From: a virus
Taxonomy: Duplodnaviria; Caudoviricetes
Length of the DNA: 38,223 bases
Virus record (IMG/VR): IMGVR_UViG_3300011412_000006
Span: 1 to 38,223 of that record
Strand: one strand, 5' to 3'
The translations under genes were made by a program, and so were the position numbers. Shown here in pieces: positions 9,214 through 18,867 of this stretch. Below the pieces are notes generated by a model that was not told the origin of the DNA, ran no database searches, and was given only the letters and a program-made list of their open reading frames with translations. Within the stretch, counting starts at the first letter, position 1. Each line of letters opens with the position of its first letter.

Positions 9214-10206
9214 ATGCCCACGTACGACTCAACATCTTTCCCAACTGATGCAATCTTTGCCAACGGAACTATCACTGGTGGGCCGACATTTCAAACTCAG
9301 ATAGTGCATACAGCCAACGGATATGAGCAGCGCAATGGTCGTGCAGGTATTCATGCGCGTCGAATCTTTCACATCGACACAGCAGCAATTGACAACGCAA
9401 CACGCGGTGATGTGCTCCTGTTCTACGATGCTCGACGTGGACAGAGTGATTCGTTTCGATTCAAAGATCCATTCGATCACACAGCAGTCAATGAACCGAT
9501 AGTCGGCAGTCAATTAGTGAAACGCTATACAGCAGGCAGCGTGAGTTATGATCGACCAATAGTAAAGCCGATAAATGGAACAGTATCGTTCAGTGGTGGT
9601 GGCACATTGGATTATGAAACTGGTGTGATCAGCGGCAGTGCTGGCGGTACGTGGTCAGGTGAGTTTGAGATTCAAGCGCGGTTCTCAGTGGATCGCTACA
9701 CTGAAGTTAATTTTTTCGCCAACTGGCACGAGCTCAGCGTGGACATCGTTGAGGTGTTTGATTACGACATTCCGGGCAGTGCTGGCGTCACACTTTCACC
9801 CACGATTGCATATGAGTTTCCACTGCCGCTCGAAGTAGGACGCGAACGCCATCACGACTTTTCAACATACATGGTGCAGGGCGGCGGTCACAGTGAGGAC
9901 CGATTCGCTCAGTATGCCAACGGCGTTGTCGGTTTTGCCGGTAATGTGCTCTGTGCCAATCGGGATGATCTTGAGATTCTACTGAGTGCATTCCTGTGCG
10001 TGCGTGGGCGACGCACAGCATTCCAGCGTGAAGGATTTGACGTGCGCTTTGACCGTGATGCACTCGTGGTTGGCTATACAGGCAACGAGTCGTTTCAGTG
10101 CCCGGTCGGGTTTGTCGGGCTGGCAGTCAATCCGGGACTTGACGAGATGGCGGCTTTAGAGCAGCCGCCCGAATCCAGACATAGTACAGACAGGCTATTC
10201 ACCTGA
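9214..10206 (+). CDS. DUF2460/TIGR02217-like distal tail protein, apparently with two tandem domains
   Basis: GGPTFQTQIV..NGYEQRN, ARRGQSDSFRFKDPFD, QLVKRY, RPIVKP motifs; first gene of a GTA-like tail-tip cluster. Confidence 0.85.
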   Translation: MPTYDSTSFPTDAIFANGTITGGPTFQTQIVHTANGYEQRNGRAGIHARRIFHIDTAAIDNATRGDVLLFYDARRGQSDSFRFKDPFDHTAVNEPIVGSQLVKRYTAGSVSYDRPIVKPINGTVSFSGGGTLDYETGVISGSAGGTWSGEFEIQARFSVDRYTEVNFFANWHELSVDIVEVFDYDIPGSAGVTLSPTIAYEFPLPLEVGRERHHDFSTYMVQGGGHSEDRFAQYANGVVGFAGNVLCANRDDLEILLSAFLCVRGRRTAFQREGFDVRFDRDALVVGYTGNESFQCPVGFVGLAVNPGLDEMAALEQPPESRHSTDRLFT

Positions 10207-10228
10207 AAACGTCTCTACGGGCTTCTAA

Positions 10229-11161
10229 ATGCCAAGAAATATACCCGCAGCACTGGTAACGCACATCAATCAGGGCGGGACGTCTCTTTGTGAGCTCATA
10301 AAGATCACGCCCACCGTGGGTGCTGTGCTTGCCTTTACTGATCACATTCAGAACCTGACAGTCGATGGGCAGTTGTACTTATCACGACCGGGAATGCGCG
10401 TGAGTGAGGTCAAGTCCGGACTCAAGATGGAGATTGACACGAGTCAGGCACAGGGCTTCTTTCAGACTGGTGTGATCACGCTTGCCGACATTCTCAAGGG
10501 CAAGTTCAGAGATGCAATCTTCGAGAGAAGGTTTGCTAATTACGATTCACCATCAAGCGGTGGCTACACGTATCAGTCAGGGCAAATCGGGCGTGTTGAT
10601 GTAGCTGACAACTCATTCACTGTTGAATTGCGTGGGTTGATTCAGAAGTTGTCGCAACCAGTCGGTCGAGTCACATCAAGGATGTGTGATGTGCAGCGCG
10701 TAGGTGATGCAAGGTGCAAGTTCAATCTCGCAACTACGCATTACATTGACGGAACGCCATTCACGCAAACTCTGACAGTGAGCGCAGTATTTAGTGCAAA
10801 TGTCTTCGAGGTCTCGTCAGGCTACAACGTCTCATATTCTGAGAGTTGGTTTGAGGGCGGCTATCTGACATGGAACAGTGGCAACAATGCAGGCTATACC
10901 GCAGACATTGCGAGATCGCTGATTCAGTCACCGCCTACTACGCTTGAGTTCACATTGATGATGCAACCGGGAGCAGATATTCAGATTGGTGACACATTCA
11001 CTGCGACTGCCGGATGTGATCGATTCGCAACCACATGTCAAAACAAGTTTCGCAATGCATCACAGCCGAATGGCAATTTAGTCAACTTTCGCGGCTATCC
11101 TGATCTCGCAGGCGCAATCATCTATAAGGCAGCAGATGGAATCATCGCATCAGGCGGATAG
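10229..11161 (+). CDS. DUF2163/TIGR02218 (BR0599-like) tail hub protein
   Basis: FTDH, C...GDARC, GCDR...TC..KF.N...NFRGYP motifs. Confidence 0.9.
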   Translation: MPRNIPAALVTHINQGGTSLCELIKITPTVGAVLAFTDHIQNLTVDGQLYLSRPGMRVSEVKSGLKMEIDTSQAQGFFQTGVITLADILKGKFRDAIFERRFANYDSPSSGGYTYQSGQIGRVDVADNSFTVELRGLIQKLSQPVGRVTSRMCDVQRVGDARCKFNLATTHYIDGTPFTQTLTVSAVFSANVFEVSSGYNVSYSESWFEGGYLTWNSGNNAGYTADIARSLIQSPPTTLEFTLMMQPGADIQIGDTFTATAGCDRFATTCQNKFRNASQPNGNLVNFRGYPDLAGAIIYKAADGIIASGG

Positions 11162-11579
11162 AACAGAGATCGTGAGAACAGCGCGCAGGCTCTTAAGGCC
11201 GCGTGTAAAGTTCCGTCCTTATGGGCGCGATCCCAATTATGGAATGGATTGCATTGGCGTCATTGACTGGGTAGGAAAAGAGTGCAAGTTGCTGCCTGCT
11301 GATCTCGTGATTCCGCCGTATGCATACCCGCCGCAGCGTGAGGCATTCGATCTGTTCAATGAACATATGGATCAGGTGATGAATCCGGCAGAAGGTGCAG
11401 TGGTCATCATTGCTGATAAGGATGGCACACCACGTCACACCGGCATCGTTGACTGGGCAGATGATAAGTGGAAATGCATTGGTATTGATGTTCATGGGCA
11501 GCGCCCGTGGGTAACGATCATCCCGCTTGAGCTCGATATGGTCTGGCGATTCTATGATTTTAGACTGGCGCAGAGTTAG
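11136..11579 (+). CDS. NlpC/P60-family tail-associated peptidase
   Basis: GRDP..GMDCIG catalytic Cys motif and HTGI His motif; position in the GTA-like tail cluster. Confidence 0.85.
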   Translation: MESSHQADRTEIVRTARRLLRPRVKFRPYGRDPNYGMDCIGVIDWVGKECKLLPADLVIPPYAYPPQREAFDLFNEHMDQVMNPAEGAVVIIADKDGTPRHTGIVDWADDKWKCIGIDVHGQRPWVTIIPLELDMVWRFYDFRLAQS

Positions 11580-13716
11580 TCACATTCTCGCACTGCTCGT
11601 GCTGCTTACCGTGACGGTGGCAGCTGATCCTATTAGTGCCTTCATAGCGGCTCATGCCATTTATTCAGCAATAATTATCTCTGGCCTCCTTTCTGGTGCA
11701 AGCTACTTACTGCAGCGCATTCTTGCTCCGAAACCAAAACCGGGAGAAGCCGCAAGACCCGATCTACAGCTAACCGCATCACGAGAGAGTGAAGGCATCC
11801 CGCGCATATATGGCAGAGCGGCAGTGGGCGCAAAAGTCATTTGGCTTTCGCCAGTCACGACGCGTTCAGTATCGCAGGGAAGCGGTAAGCGGAGTTCACC
11901 GCCAACCACTGCTTATTCAGTCTCGATGGGTTTGCTTGTGTGCGAGAATCGCAATGATTCAATACTTGGTATTTCGCGCATCTATGCCAACGGCAATGTG
12001 CTCTATAGTCGTGATCCGTCAACAATGACTGGCGCGAATCCGGGTATTGAAGGCACAGACAATGGTCCATACAGGGCTGATCTTTTATATGCACAGCGAT
12101 TGCAAATCCTGCTTGGACAGGAATCGCAGACAGAGCGATGTCCGTGGTATGCAACGAGCGGTGATAATGATGACTATCCGGGTTATCGCGGATCGGTTGT
12201 TGTCTGGCTCGATGATGTTGATCTGACTCCTTCCTACAATCAGATTGCGCAATATCAAATTGAAGTAGTCACTTCTGATCAAGTGATCGCAGATATTGTC
12301 GCAGCTGAAAGTGACTATGCAGGCGTGAGTGCAAGTCAGATCACAAATGGTGCTCCGGTTGCCGGTATCAATGGTTGGATCATCTCAGGTCCAACACCGC
12401 CTAAGAGTACCTTTGAAGCATTATCAATTGTCTCTCCGTTTGACTGCGCAGAAGTTGATGGGAAACTAAAGTTCATTGCACAACCACAAGCATCAAGCGT
12501 AACCATTCCTGATAGCGATCTGGGCGCAGTCTCATCCGGTCGTGAGGAACAGTCAGAGAAGGCGGTGAAGTTTGCGCTATCGAGTGAACAGAGTTTGACT
12601 GAGGTAGCACAGCGTGTGGAAATCAGTTTCTTTGATCCGCTCTTTCAATATGAGGAAGCGACAGCAGGTTATGGTTTGCAGTTCGGATCAGGCGTAGCTG
12701 TCAAAGAAGTCTTCTTGCCCATCGCGTCTGATCGTACGTATATACGAAACATCGCAAGCAGTCTGCTCGCACGCACGCGAATGGAGACGGATTCACTCAA
12801 AATCGAACTGCCGCCAAAGTACATCAAGTACCATCCGGGTGATGTGCTGACTGTGCCTGCTCCCAATGGACAGGTGCTTAATCTGCGCGTCACCGATATG
12901 GAATTTATTCCGGGCGATAGAGTCAAGATCGAAGGCGTTCGTCAGTTGCGTTCGGAAGGGCTCGGACCGCCGCTCGATACAATCACACCTCCTTATCCAG
13001 TTCCGGGTGAAGGCGGACCACTACTGCCAATTGATACGATTTACATTCTCTCGAATGCACCGCCACTGATAGATGATCACGATGGGTTTGATGGTATCTA
13101 CTGGGCAGCTGGTCCGCGCAATGTACCGCCATCGCCGCTGTACGGCTGGACTGGCTCAACGCTGTTTAGAAATGCGTGTGGAAGTGACGATGCCAATAAA
13201 CAATATTATCCAATCGCATTGACACGCACAGCAGCTGTGATTGGCAAGGCACGCACTGCACTTGCTACAGGGAGCGGCGTGGATGCAACGAACACAGTTG
13301 ATGTTGACTTCCCATTCGGACTCGGCACGACCACAGTGCTTGGGATTCACAATGATGCATTCGTCAAGACGACGCAGGCGAATCTCTGCATACTCGGCAA
13401 AGAAGTATTGCAGTTCCGTGATGTGACCGATGTCAGTGCATCCTATTCGCTTGCACCCGGGCGTGTCTGGCGACTCTCACAGTTGAAGCGTGGCCTCAGA
13501 GACACGAGTGCAATGACAGCTACACATGCAATCAGTGAAGGATTCGTCTTATGGAATCCTGATGCTCTGATACGCGTGCCGCTTGATGTCATCGAGCAGG
13601 ACAATACTTGGAACTACAAGGCACTGACGTTGCAGCAGCAGGAGACCGATGCAGATCCGATAGCCTTCGAGTACGATCCGGATGATGGCACGATGACACT
13701 TTGGGAGACTCCTTAA
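11554..13716 (+). CDS. Tail tip / host-specificity protein (GTA megatron / gpJ-like)
   Basis: GIPRIYGR...VIW, RIYANG, PGYRG, GKEVLQF, LSQLKRGLRDT motifs; ATG 11554 preferred over TTG 11527. Confidence 0.85.
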   Translation: MILDWRRVSHILALLVLLTVTVAADPISAFIAAHAIYSAIIISGLLSGASYLLQRILAPKPKPGEAARPDLQLTASRESEGIPRIYGRAAVGAKVIWLSPVTTRSVSQGSGKRSSPPTTAYSVSMGLLVCENRNDSILGISRIYANGNVLYSRDPSTMTGANPGIEGTDNGPYRADLLYAQRLQILLGQESQTERCPWYATSGDNDDYPGYRGSVVVWLDDVDLTPSYNQIAQYQIEVVTSDQVIADIVAAESDYAGVSASQITNGAPVAGINGWIISGPTPPKSTFEALSIVSPFDCAEVDGKLKFIAQPQASSVTIPDSDLGAVSSGREEQSEKAVKFALSSEQSLTEVAQRVEISFFDPLFQYEEATAGYGLQFGSGVAVKEVFLPIASDRTYIRNIASSLLARTRMETDSLKIELPPKYIKYHPGDVLTVPAPNGQVLNLRVTDMEFIPGDRVKIEGVRQLRSEGLGPPLDTITPPYPVPGEGGPLLPIDTIYILSNAPPLIDDHDGFDGIYWAAGPRNVPPSPLYGWTGSTLFRNACGSDDANKQYYPIALTRTAAVIGKARTALATGSGVDATNTVDVDFPFGLGTTTVLGIHNDAFVKTTQANLCILGKEVLQFRDVTDVSASYSLAPGRVWRLSQLKRGLRDTSAMTATHAISEGFVLWNPDALIRVPLDVIEQDNTWNYKALTLQQQETDADPIAFEYDPDDGTMTLWETP

Positions 13717-16700
13717 TGGGACGTCGCATTCTCTCATCAGCATTCACGATGGATGTGAGCGAGCAAGGGACAGCACCAGTTGCGCCTGTCGGTGCATTGC
13801 GTATGCGCCCGAAGTCTGATGGCACAACGCTGCAACTCAGCTTCAATGGCGGTGCATACTTTGACATGGGCAGTGGTGCGGCGACTGGCACTGTGAGACT
13901 TGATCAGGTGCTTGATCCTGATATGCCAGCACCGCCTGCATCAACGCAGATCAAAACCTTTGAGATGGGCACGCATCAGCTTGTCTTTCACTTTGGCGGA
14001 ACAGAGGCAGAGGAATGCTATGTCATCGAGAGCGTGACAGGAACAGGCAGTGGCTCGGTGTTGTTGTTGCGTGCGAGTGGAGCAACAACCACCAAAGCAC
14101 CTTTGAGAATTGAGACACGCGGCACATTTGCGATGTCTGTTGATGCTGATGGCAAAGTTGCTATAGGTTCAGAATCAGTCACATCATCACACAAGGTCGG
14201 TGTGCTCAATACCAACTCATCAATTGGCTCATTGATTTTGCAGGACTCGATTCCATCAGCAGGCAGTGCGCGAAATGCGTTCACTTTGTCACTGAGTGAC
14301 AATACGACAACATCACACTCCGGTTATTACGGCATCAACATTGGCTACTCAAAGACAGCGGTGCAGTCGAGTGCTCCGGCATATCTTCTACATATCAATC
14401 CCTCATCAATTGCAGAATCGTTATCAGCACTGACATCAATCAATCTTCGTGCTCCGGGTGTGCTTGCAGGCAAGACTTTAACAACGTGGCGCGGCATTCA
14501 CATTGCTAGTGTGGCGCTGGGCGGAACAACGACGAATAACTATGCAATGACAGTTGAAAGTGGTGCTGGTCATGTAGGGCTCGGCACATCAGCACCGACT
14601 GTGCAGCTGCACGTTGTGGGTGCAATGCACGATGAGCAGAGCACCGGGCAGGTGTTCACCATTGCAAAGACTCACAACAGTGAGACACCACAGCTTGACT
14701 TCAAGCGCACACAGGCAACAGGACTCTATTTGAATGATGACGATCTCGCTGGTCGCATTATGTTCTATGGCTGGTTTAGTCCCGGTCCATTCAAAGCACT
14801 GGGTTATGTGCAAACGACATTCGATACTAACTATGGCAATGCAGGTCTGATCACGATGGGTGCTGGTGACTTTGGCAATGCACGCGTCGAGGTCTTGCAG
14901 ACTGATGGCGGCACAGGCGGTGTGACGATATACGGTGCAGCAACTACGCCGTGGTTTGCTGTGACGAGTGTTGGGCATCTATTCAGTCACGGCACGACTG
15001 GTTCAATGTATTACCGCAATGCTGCAGGATACTTTGTCAATCTCGACATAGATTTTGTAGCAGATCCGGGAACAGATGAAGGCAAAGTGCTGACAGTCAC
15101 GAACGTCAGTGGCAATCTTTATCCGCGATGGATGACGCCATCAGGCACACCGGGCACTGGTGAGCCAGCACTGCCAGCCAGCACGCTTCAATACAATGAC
15201 GCCGGTGCATTCGGTGCTGTCTCGAACTCTCTCGTATCAGGTGCAGCTGTCACGCTTGGCGGTGCATTGACTATCAGAAACGGTGCATCATCGACTGATC
15301 AGAACATCCTGCTTGATGCAGTCAGCGCGAATCCAACGCGCCTCATATTCACTGACTATCGAGATGCAGCAACAGGAAGTCAGATCACATGGGAGCGTGG
15401 AAGATTATCAGGCGGTGTGCATACAGACCTGACGACTAACAATGTCGTGGCGCGGTTTCTATGGAAGGGACAGATACCAACAACAGGTCTGACGCAGCTA
15501 GCCTTTATGCACGGCTATTACACGACGGACTATGGCAGTCCTGCAGGAGTGCTTGAACTCGGTGCTGGTGGTTTTACTCTTGCACGAATCTTCATTCTGC
15601 AAGGTACGGGTGTAGGCAGTAACGGCGGCGTAACGATCTATGGCGGTGCAGCGACACCTTACTTTCAGGTACAGACCGCCGGCTTTCAGTTCTCACATGG
15701 CACTACTGGCTCGATGTATTTCAAGCATTCCAGTGGCTACTTCAATGCGACCGCCTCACCAAGCAGTGCTGACAGCATTCCCTATTGGGACAACTCAGAG
15801 GGCGTCGTTGCTTATATGACCATCGGCACTGGGTTGTCGATCACCGGCACAGCACCGAATCAAGTACTCACATCAACAGCATCAGGTGGCACACCTGCAT
15901 CGCCATCACCGAGTCTGCAATACAACAACGCGGGTGTATTCGGTGCAGTCTCGACATCAGGTGTGACAGCAGCAGGCTGGGTCGGCATTGGAACGACGAC
16001 GCCATCTGTGCGCTTCAACGTTGTAGGCGATACTGTGTTGCAGTCGGCATCATTCATCTTTCAAGTGCAGAGTGCGGGATTCTACTTCTCGACTGGCTGG
16101 GCTGGTTCTGTATATTACAAGGACTCCTTCGGCTACTTCGTGCCGACTCTAGCAGGTATGTCGAATCAGTATCTCAAGGGCGGTTCAGCGCCTTCGTGGG
16201 GCTACTTGACTGCAACCGGATCAACGACCGAGTTGCAATGTCGCGATAGCGGGACAGGTGCATTTGCTGCTGTAGCGAGCTCCAGCGTGGATGGCAGCGG
16301 TAACGTCACGCTCGGTGGCGGCACTCTGACACTGCAAAATAATACAGCCACAGTCTTGAGTATGAAGATCGCCAGCACGAGCGTTGGTCCTGTTCTTTAT
16401 ACTGAACGCTCACGCGGCACGCTGACCAGTAAGAGTGGAATCTTTGCAGGTGATGCACTGCTGACGGTTTCGAATTTTGGTTATGACAGCACTGCGACTG
16501 CAGTCGCCCGACAGGGCGTGGCGATGGATTTCACAGCACAGGCCACGTTCACATCTACAAGTGCTCCGACAGTGCTGCGCCTGCGAACCACGCCGGTTAA
16601 TTCAATCACGCCAGCAGGACGAATGATTGTTGGCGCTTGTCGCACGCTGGCAAATAATACGCTCACAGATTTATTCACCATTACTTATGGCGCCAGTGAC

Positions 16701-17099
16701 CAGTCAGCAATGGGCGGCGAGATACATCTTGTGCTTGTAGCTAAGGGATTAATTTCGGGAGTCATACATACCTTTGTACACAGGCGAGTCATATCGTTTG
16801 CCATCGCGCATAATGCTAATAACGATATGCAAGTCACATTCACCGAAGTCCAGCAACACAGAGCCGGAGGAGCGAGTGATGATGTCGGGCTGACTGCAAT
16901 ATCACACGCATTGAACTTTGACGCTGCAGTAGGTACTGGGACGAATATTCCTTCGACGCCTAATGCATATGCGACCAATTCAATCACCTATAAGGTGCTC
17001 GCGACAGCAGTGCCCAATATGACCAGCGTTAGCTTACTGACCTGCTATTACAATATTTTCTATCACGGCGAAGGAGAACTGGCGGTAGCCGCATCATGA
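13716..17099 (+). CDS. Long tail fiber / receptor-binding protein with internal repeats
   Basis: ~1127 aa, G/T/S/A-rich; VGLGTSAP and VGIGTTTP fiber motifs; repeated LQYN..G.FGAVS; TAATG coupling to the upstream gene. Confidence 0.8.
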   Translation: MGRRILSSAFTMDVSEQGTAPVAPVGALRMRPKSDGTTLQLSFNGGAYFDMGSGAATGTVRLDQVLDPDMPAPPASTQIKTFEMGTHQLVFHFGGTEAEECYVIESVTGTGSGSVLLLRASGATTTKAPLRIETRGTFAMSVDADGKVAIGSESVTSSHKVGVLNTNSSIGSLILQDSIPSAGSARNAFTLSLSDNTTTSHSGYYGINIGYSKTAVQSSAPAYLLHINPSSIAESLSALTSINLRAPGVLAGKTLTTWRGIHIASVALGGTTTNNYAMTVESGAGHVGLGTSAPTVQLHVVGAMHDEQSTGQVFTIAKTHNSETPQLDFKRTQATGLYLNDDDLAGRIMFYGWFSPGPFKALGYVQTTFDTNYGNAGLITMGAGDFGNARVEVLQTDGGTGGVTIYGAATTPWFAVTSVGHLFSHGTTGSMYYRNAAGYFVNLDIDFVADPGTDEGKVLTVTNVSGNLYPRWMTPSGTPGTGEPALPASTLQYNDAGAFGAVSNSLVSGAAVTLGGALTIRNGASSTDQNILLDAVSANPTRLIFTDYRDAATGSQITWERGRLSGGVHTDLTTNNVVARFLWKGQIPTTGLTQLAFMHGYYTTDYGSPAGVLELGAGGFTLARIFILQGTGVGSNGGVTIYGGAATPYFQVQTAGFQFSHGTTGSMYFKHSSGYFNATASPSSADSIPYWDNSEGVVAYMTIGTGLSITGTAPNQVLTSTASGGTPASPSPSLQYNNAGVFGAVSTSGVTAAGWVGIGTTTPSVRFNVVGDTVLQSASFIFQVQSAGFYFSTGWAGSVYYKDSFGYFVPTLAGMSNQYLKGGSAPSWGYLTATGSTTELQCRDSGTGAFAAVASSSVDGSGNVTLGGGTLTLQNNTATVLSMKIASTSVGPVLYTERSRGTLTSKSGIFAGDALLTVSNFGYDSTATAVARQGVAMDFTAQATFTSTSAPTVLRLRTTPVNSITPAGRMIVGACRTLANNTLTDLFTITYGASDQSAMGGEIHLVLVAKGLISGVIHTFVHRRVISFAIAHNANNDMQVTFTEVQQHRAGGASDDVGLTAISHALNFDAAVGTGTNIPSTPNAYATNSITYKVLATAVPNMTSVSLLTCYYNIFYHGEGELAVAAS

Positions 17100-17428
17100 A
17101 ATACATCGAACTCAAAGAAGTGACCACACGCAAAGGCGAGAATGTAAGACTCAACTATGCACAGCAGATTGAGCTCATCGTTGGTGAGGCACTCGACAGC
17201 AGCAACGGACAACGACAGGGATTTGACCGAGAGACTAACAGACGCGCACTTCGAGTGCTCGACAAGCTGGATGAATTGAATGGCGACAATGTGCTTGCGC
17301 TTGAGGATGCTGATCACAGCTTTTTATTGGGCAGAGTGAATGCGTTCATCTGGCCATTTGCTGATCGTGCTTTTGAAACCTTCTGTGATGAGATTGAACA
17401 CGCTCCATCGAGTGCGAATGTGCAATAA
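17096..17428 (+). CDS. Putative tail fiber chaperone / hypothetical protein
   Basis: ATGA-coupled to the fiber gene; acidic 110 aa. Function inferred from position only. Confidence 0.5.
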   Translation: MKYIELKEVTTRKGENVRLNYAQQIELIVGEALDSSNGQRQGFDRETNRRALRVLDKLDELNGDNVLALEDADHSFLLGRVNAFIWPFADRAFETFCDEIEHAPSSANVQ

Positions 17429-17473
17429 TGCTTTTCCTCCCGATCAACCAACAACAACAAAGGAGTATCAGCT

Positions 17474-17725
17474 ATGGCTCAGGATAAAGAACGCGAGAGA
17501 TGGCAGCAGCAGGGCGATGCAGAGATTGAAAAGGTCACAGTGACAATTGAGAAAGTTAAAGTCGATGTGCCTGCGAACGTGCGACCAAAACTCGATGAGG
17601 TGCTTCAGTCATTGAAAAGTTTGAAGGCGCACTTCGCAAACGTGCCCACGCAGCTGCCAGCAGACCCGAATGCACCGCAAGTGAGCAATCCAATGGCTCC
17701 GGGCGGTCAACCTCAACCAAAGTAG
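17474..17725 (+). CDS. Hypothetical protein, last gene of the late operon
   Basis: Strong AAGGAG RBS after an A/C-rich leader; Pro-rich C-terminus. Confidence 0.7.
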   Translation: MAQDKERERWQQQGDAEIEKVTVTIEKVKVDVPANVRPKLDEVLQSLKSLKAHFANVPTQLPADPNAPQVSNPMAPGGQPQPK

Positions 17726-17733
17726 ACTCAGAG

Positions 17734-17782
17734 CACCCGCGTCGAGGTCTAGGGATGGAACTTCTCGCGGGTGTAATTTTAT
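17734..17782 (+). terminator. Terminator-like hairpin ending the late operon
   Basis: CACCCGCG (17734-17741) / CGCGGGTG (17766-17773), followed by TAATTTTAT. Confidence 0.6.
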
Positions 17783-17785
17783 GTG

Positions 17786-17815
17786 TTTACATCTCGTTTA
17801 ACATTGTTATATAGT
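17786..17815 (+). promoter_or_regulatory. Sigma70-type promoter of the RHH gene with a variant operator
   Basis: TTTACA-N18-TATAGT; contains TTTAAC-ATT-GTTATA; ATG 17823 is 7 nt after the -10 box (leaderless geometry). Confidence 0.65.
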
Positions 17816-17822
17816 GATGACT

Positions 17823-18029
17823 ATGAAACCTGAGAAAGTGAAGACGGATTTCGTGGCCTTCCGACTCGATGCTGATCTGCATCAGAAGTTGAAGGCACAG
17901 GCACGCGGACTGAGAGTCTCAAAATCCTTCCTGATGAAGCAGTATCTTCTCAGAGGGATGGGCTTTTCTACTCCGCTTATCAGTTCTAAACCCTTACAAT
18001 CAAAGACTTTAAAAGAAATACAAGAATAG
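17823..18029 (+). CDS. Ribbon-helix-helix (Arc/CopG-like) DNA-binding regulator
   Basis: FVAFRLDADLHQKLKAQARGLRVSKSFLMKQYL: alternating beta strand followed by two helices with the S.S turn. Confidence 0.75.
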   Translation: MKPEKVKTDFVAFRLDADLHQKLKAQARGLRVSKSFLMKQYLLRGMGFSTPLISSKPLQSKTLKEIQE

Positions 18030-18042
18030 TTGTATTTTTATC

Positions 18043-18072
18043 TTGACTTGTTTAACAAAGTTAAACTATAAT
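18043..18072 (+). promoter_or_regulatory. Strong early sigma70-type promoter P1 with palindromic operator
   Basis: TTGACT-N18-TATAAT; spacer holds the perfect inverted repeat GTTTAAC-AAA-GTTAAAC. Confidence 0.85.
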
Positions 18073-18118
18073 GTCTTTAGTGAGAGAGAAGAACACAACA
18101 AAGAAAGAGGACACACAA

Positions 18119-18409
18119 ATGACCAGAAAAGACTACATCAAGATCGCAGAAGCATTGAACGCAGCAGCCAAGCGGCACTCAAGCAAAGAGTATGGATTGA
18201 GTCTCGAAGCCAACAGACTGTTCACGCTGATAGTCAACGAGCTCAGCTTAACATTTGCAGACGACAACCCGCGCTTCAGTCTCGGTCGATTCGAGAAGGC
18301 GGTCACAGGATTCGACAACATCAAGCTAACAGCAGCGCAGACAGAGAAACCTGATGCAGTGGACAGGCTCGAAGCAGCGATGGATGAGTACCGAAAGGCG
18401 GTGGCGTAA
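18119..18409 (+). CDS. Small early phage protein (MTRKDY...DNPRF type)
   Basis: ATG 18119 after GAGGACACAC; first gene after P1. Confidence 0.75.
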   Translation: MTRKDYIKIAEALNAAAKRHSSKEYGLSLEANRLFTLIVNELSLTFADDNPRFSLGRFEKAVTGFDNIKLTAAQTEKPDAVDRLEAAMDEYRKAVA

Positions 18410-18664
18410 ATGGAAGCAATTCACACCTTCACATCGAGACGAAAATTATTGACCTATCTGAAAGATGTCTGGCCCGGACTAGTAGCCTATGCAGTGTTGG
18501 ATGGCGAAACATTTTGGGTGCGTGATCATTATCGAGATGGGCGCATTATTGCCAGTGAATACTCGCCCTACAATGTCTACAAACTGCCAAGCAGTGCGCA
18601 AATCGTGCTCACCCATACGGAAGCAGAGGCACTTGCCGCACAACAAAAAAAGGCGGTGGCGTAA
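18410..18664 (+). CDS. Hypothetical early protein
   Basis: Abuts neighbours; flanked by a 16-nt direct repeat. Confidence 0.7.
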   Translation: MEAIHTFTSRRKLLTYLKDVWPGLVAYAVLDGETFWVRDHYRDGRIIASEYSPYNVYKLPSSAQIVLTHTEAEALAAQQKKAVA

Positions 18665-18867
18665 TGTTTTACAAACCAGAAAGAAAGAGACGCGCACCAC
18701 TAAGTCAGCAAACGATTCAAGCGTGCAAGCTAGCGCAGATCGCAGAGGCTGAGAGATTCCTGAAGCAACTCGAAGACACAATGCCGAAAGATATTCCGAC
18801 AGCGACAGCCGAGGGCATTCTCGAATTTCAAAGAGCACAGATCAGACAGTTAAAGGAGGCACAATAA
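18664..18867 (+). CDS. Hypothetical early protein
   Basis: TAATG coupling at both ends. Confidence 0.7.
   Translation: MFYKPERKRRAPLSQQTIQACKLAQIAEAERFLKQLEDTMPKDIPTATAEGILEFQRAQIRQLKEAQ

Noticed and set aside
13716-17099. Diversity-generating retroelement or invertible segments acting on the fiber repeats
   Set aside because: No reverse transcriptase or invertase in the genome; the repeats are old, diverged at all bases and not adenine-specific.
18043-18354. ORFs beginning MTCLTKLN at 18043 and 19478 as paralogous proteins
   Set aside because: The TTG starts are -35 boxes of the duplicated promoter; RBS-supported starts are 18119 and 19544.
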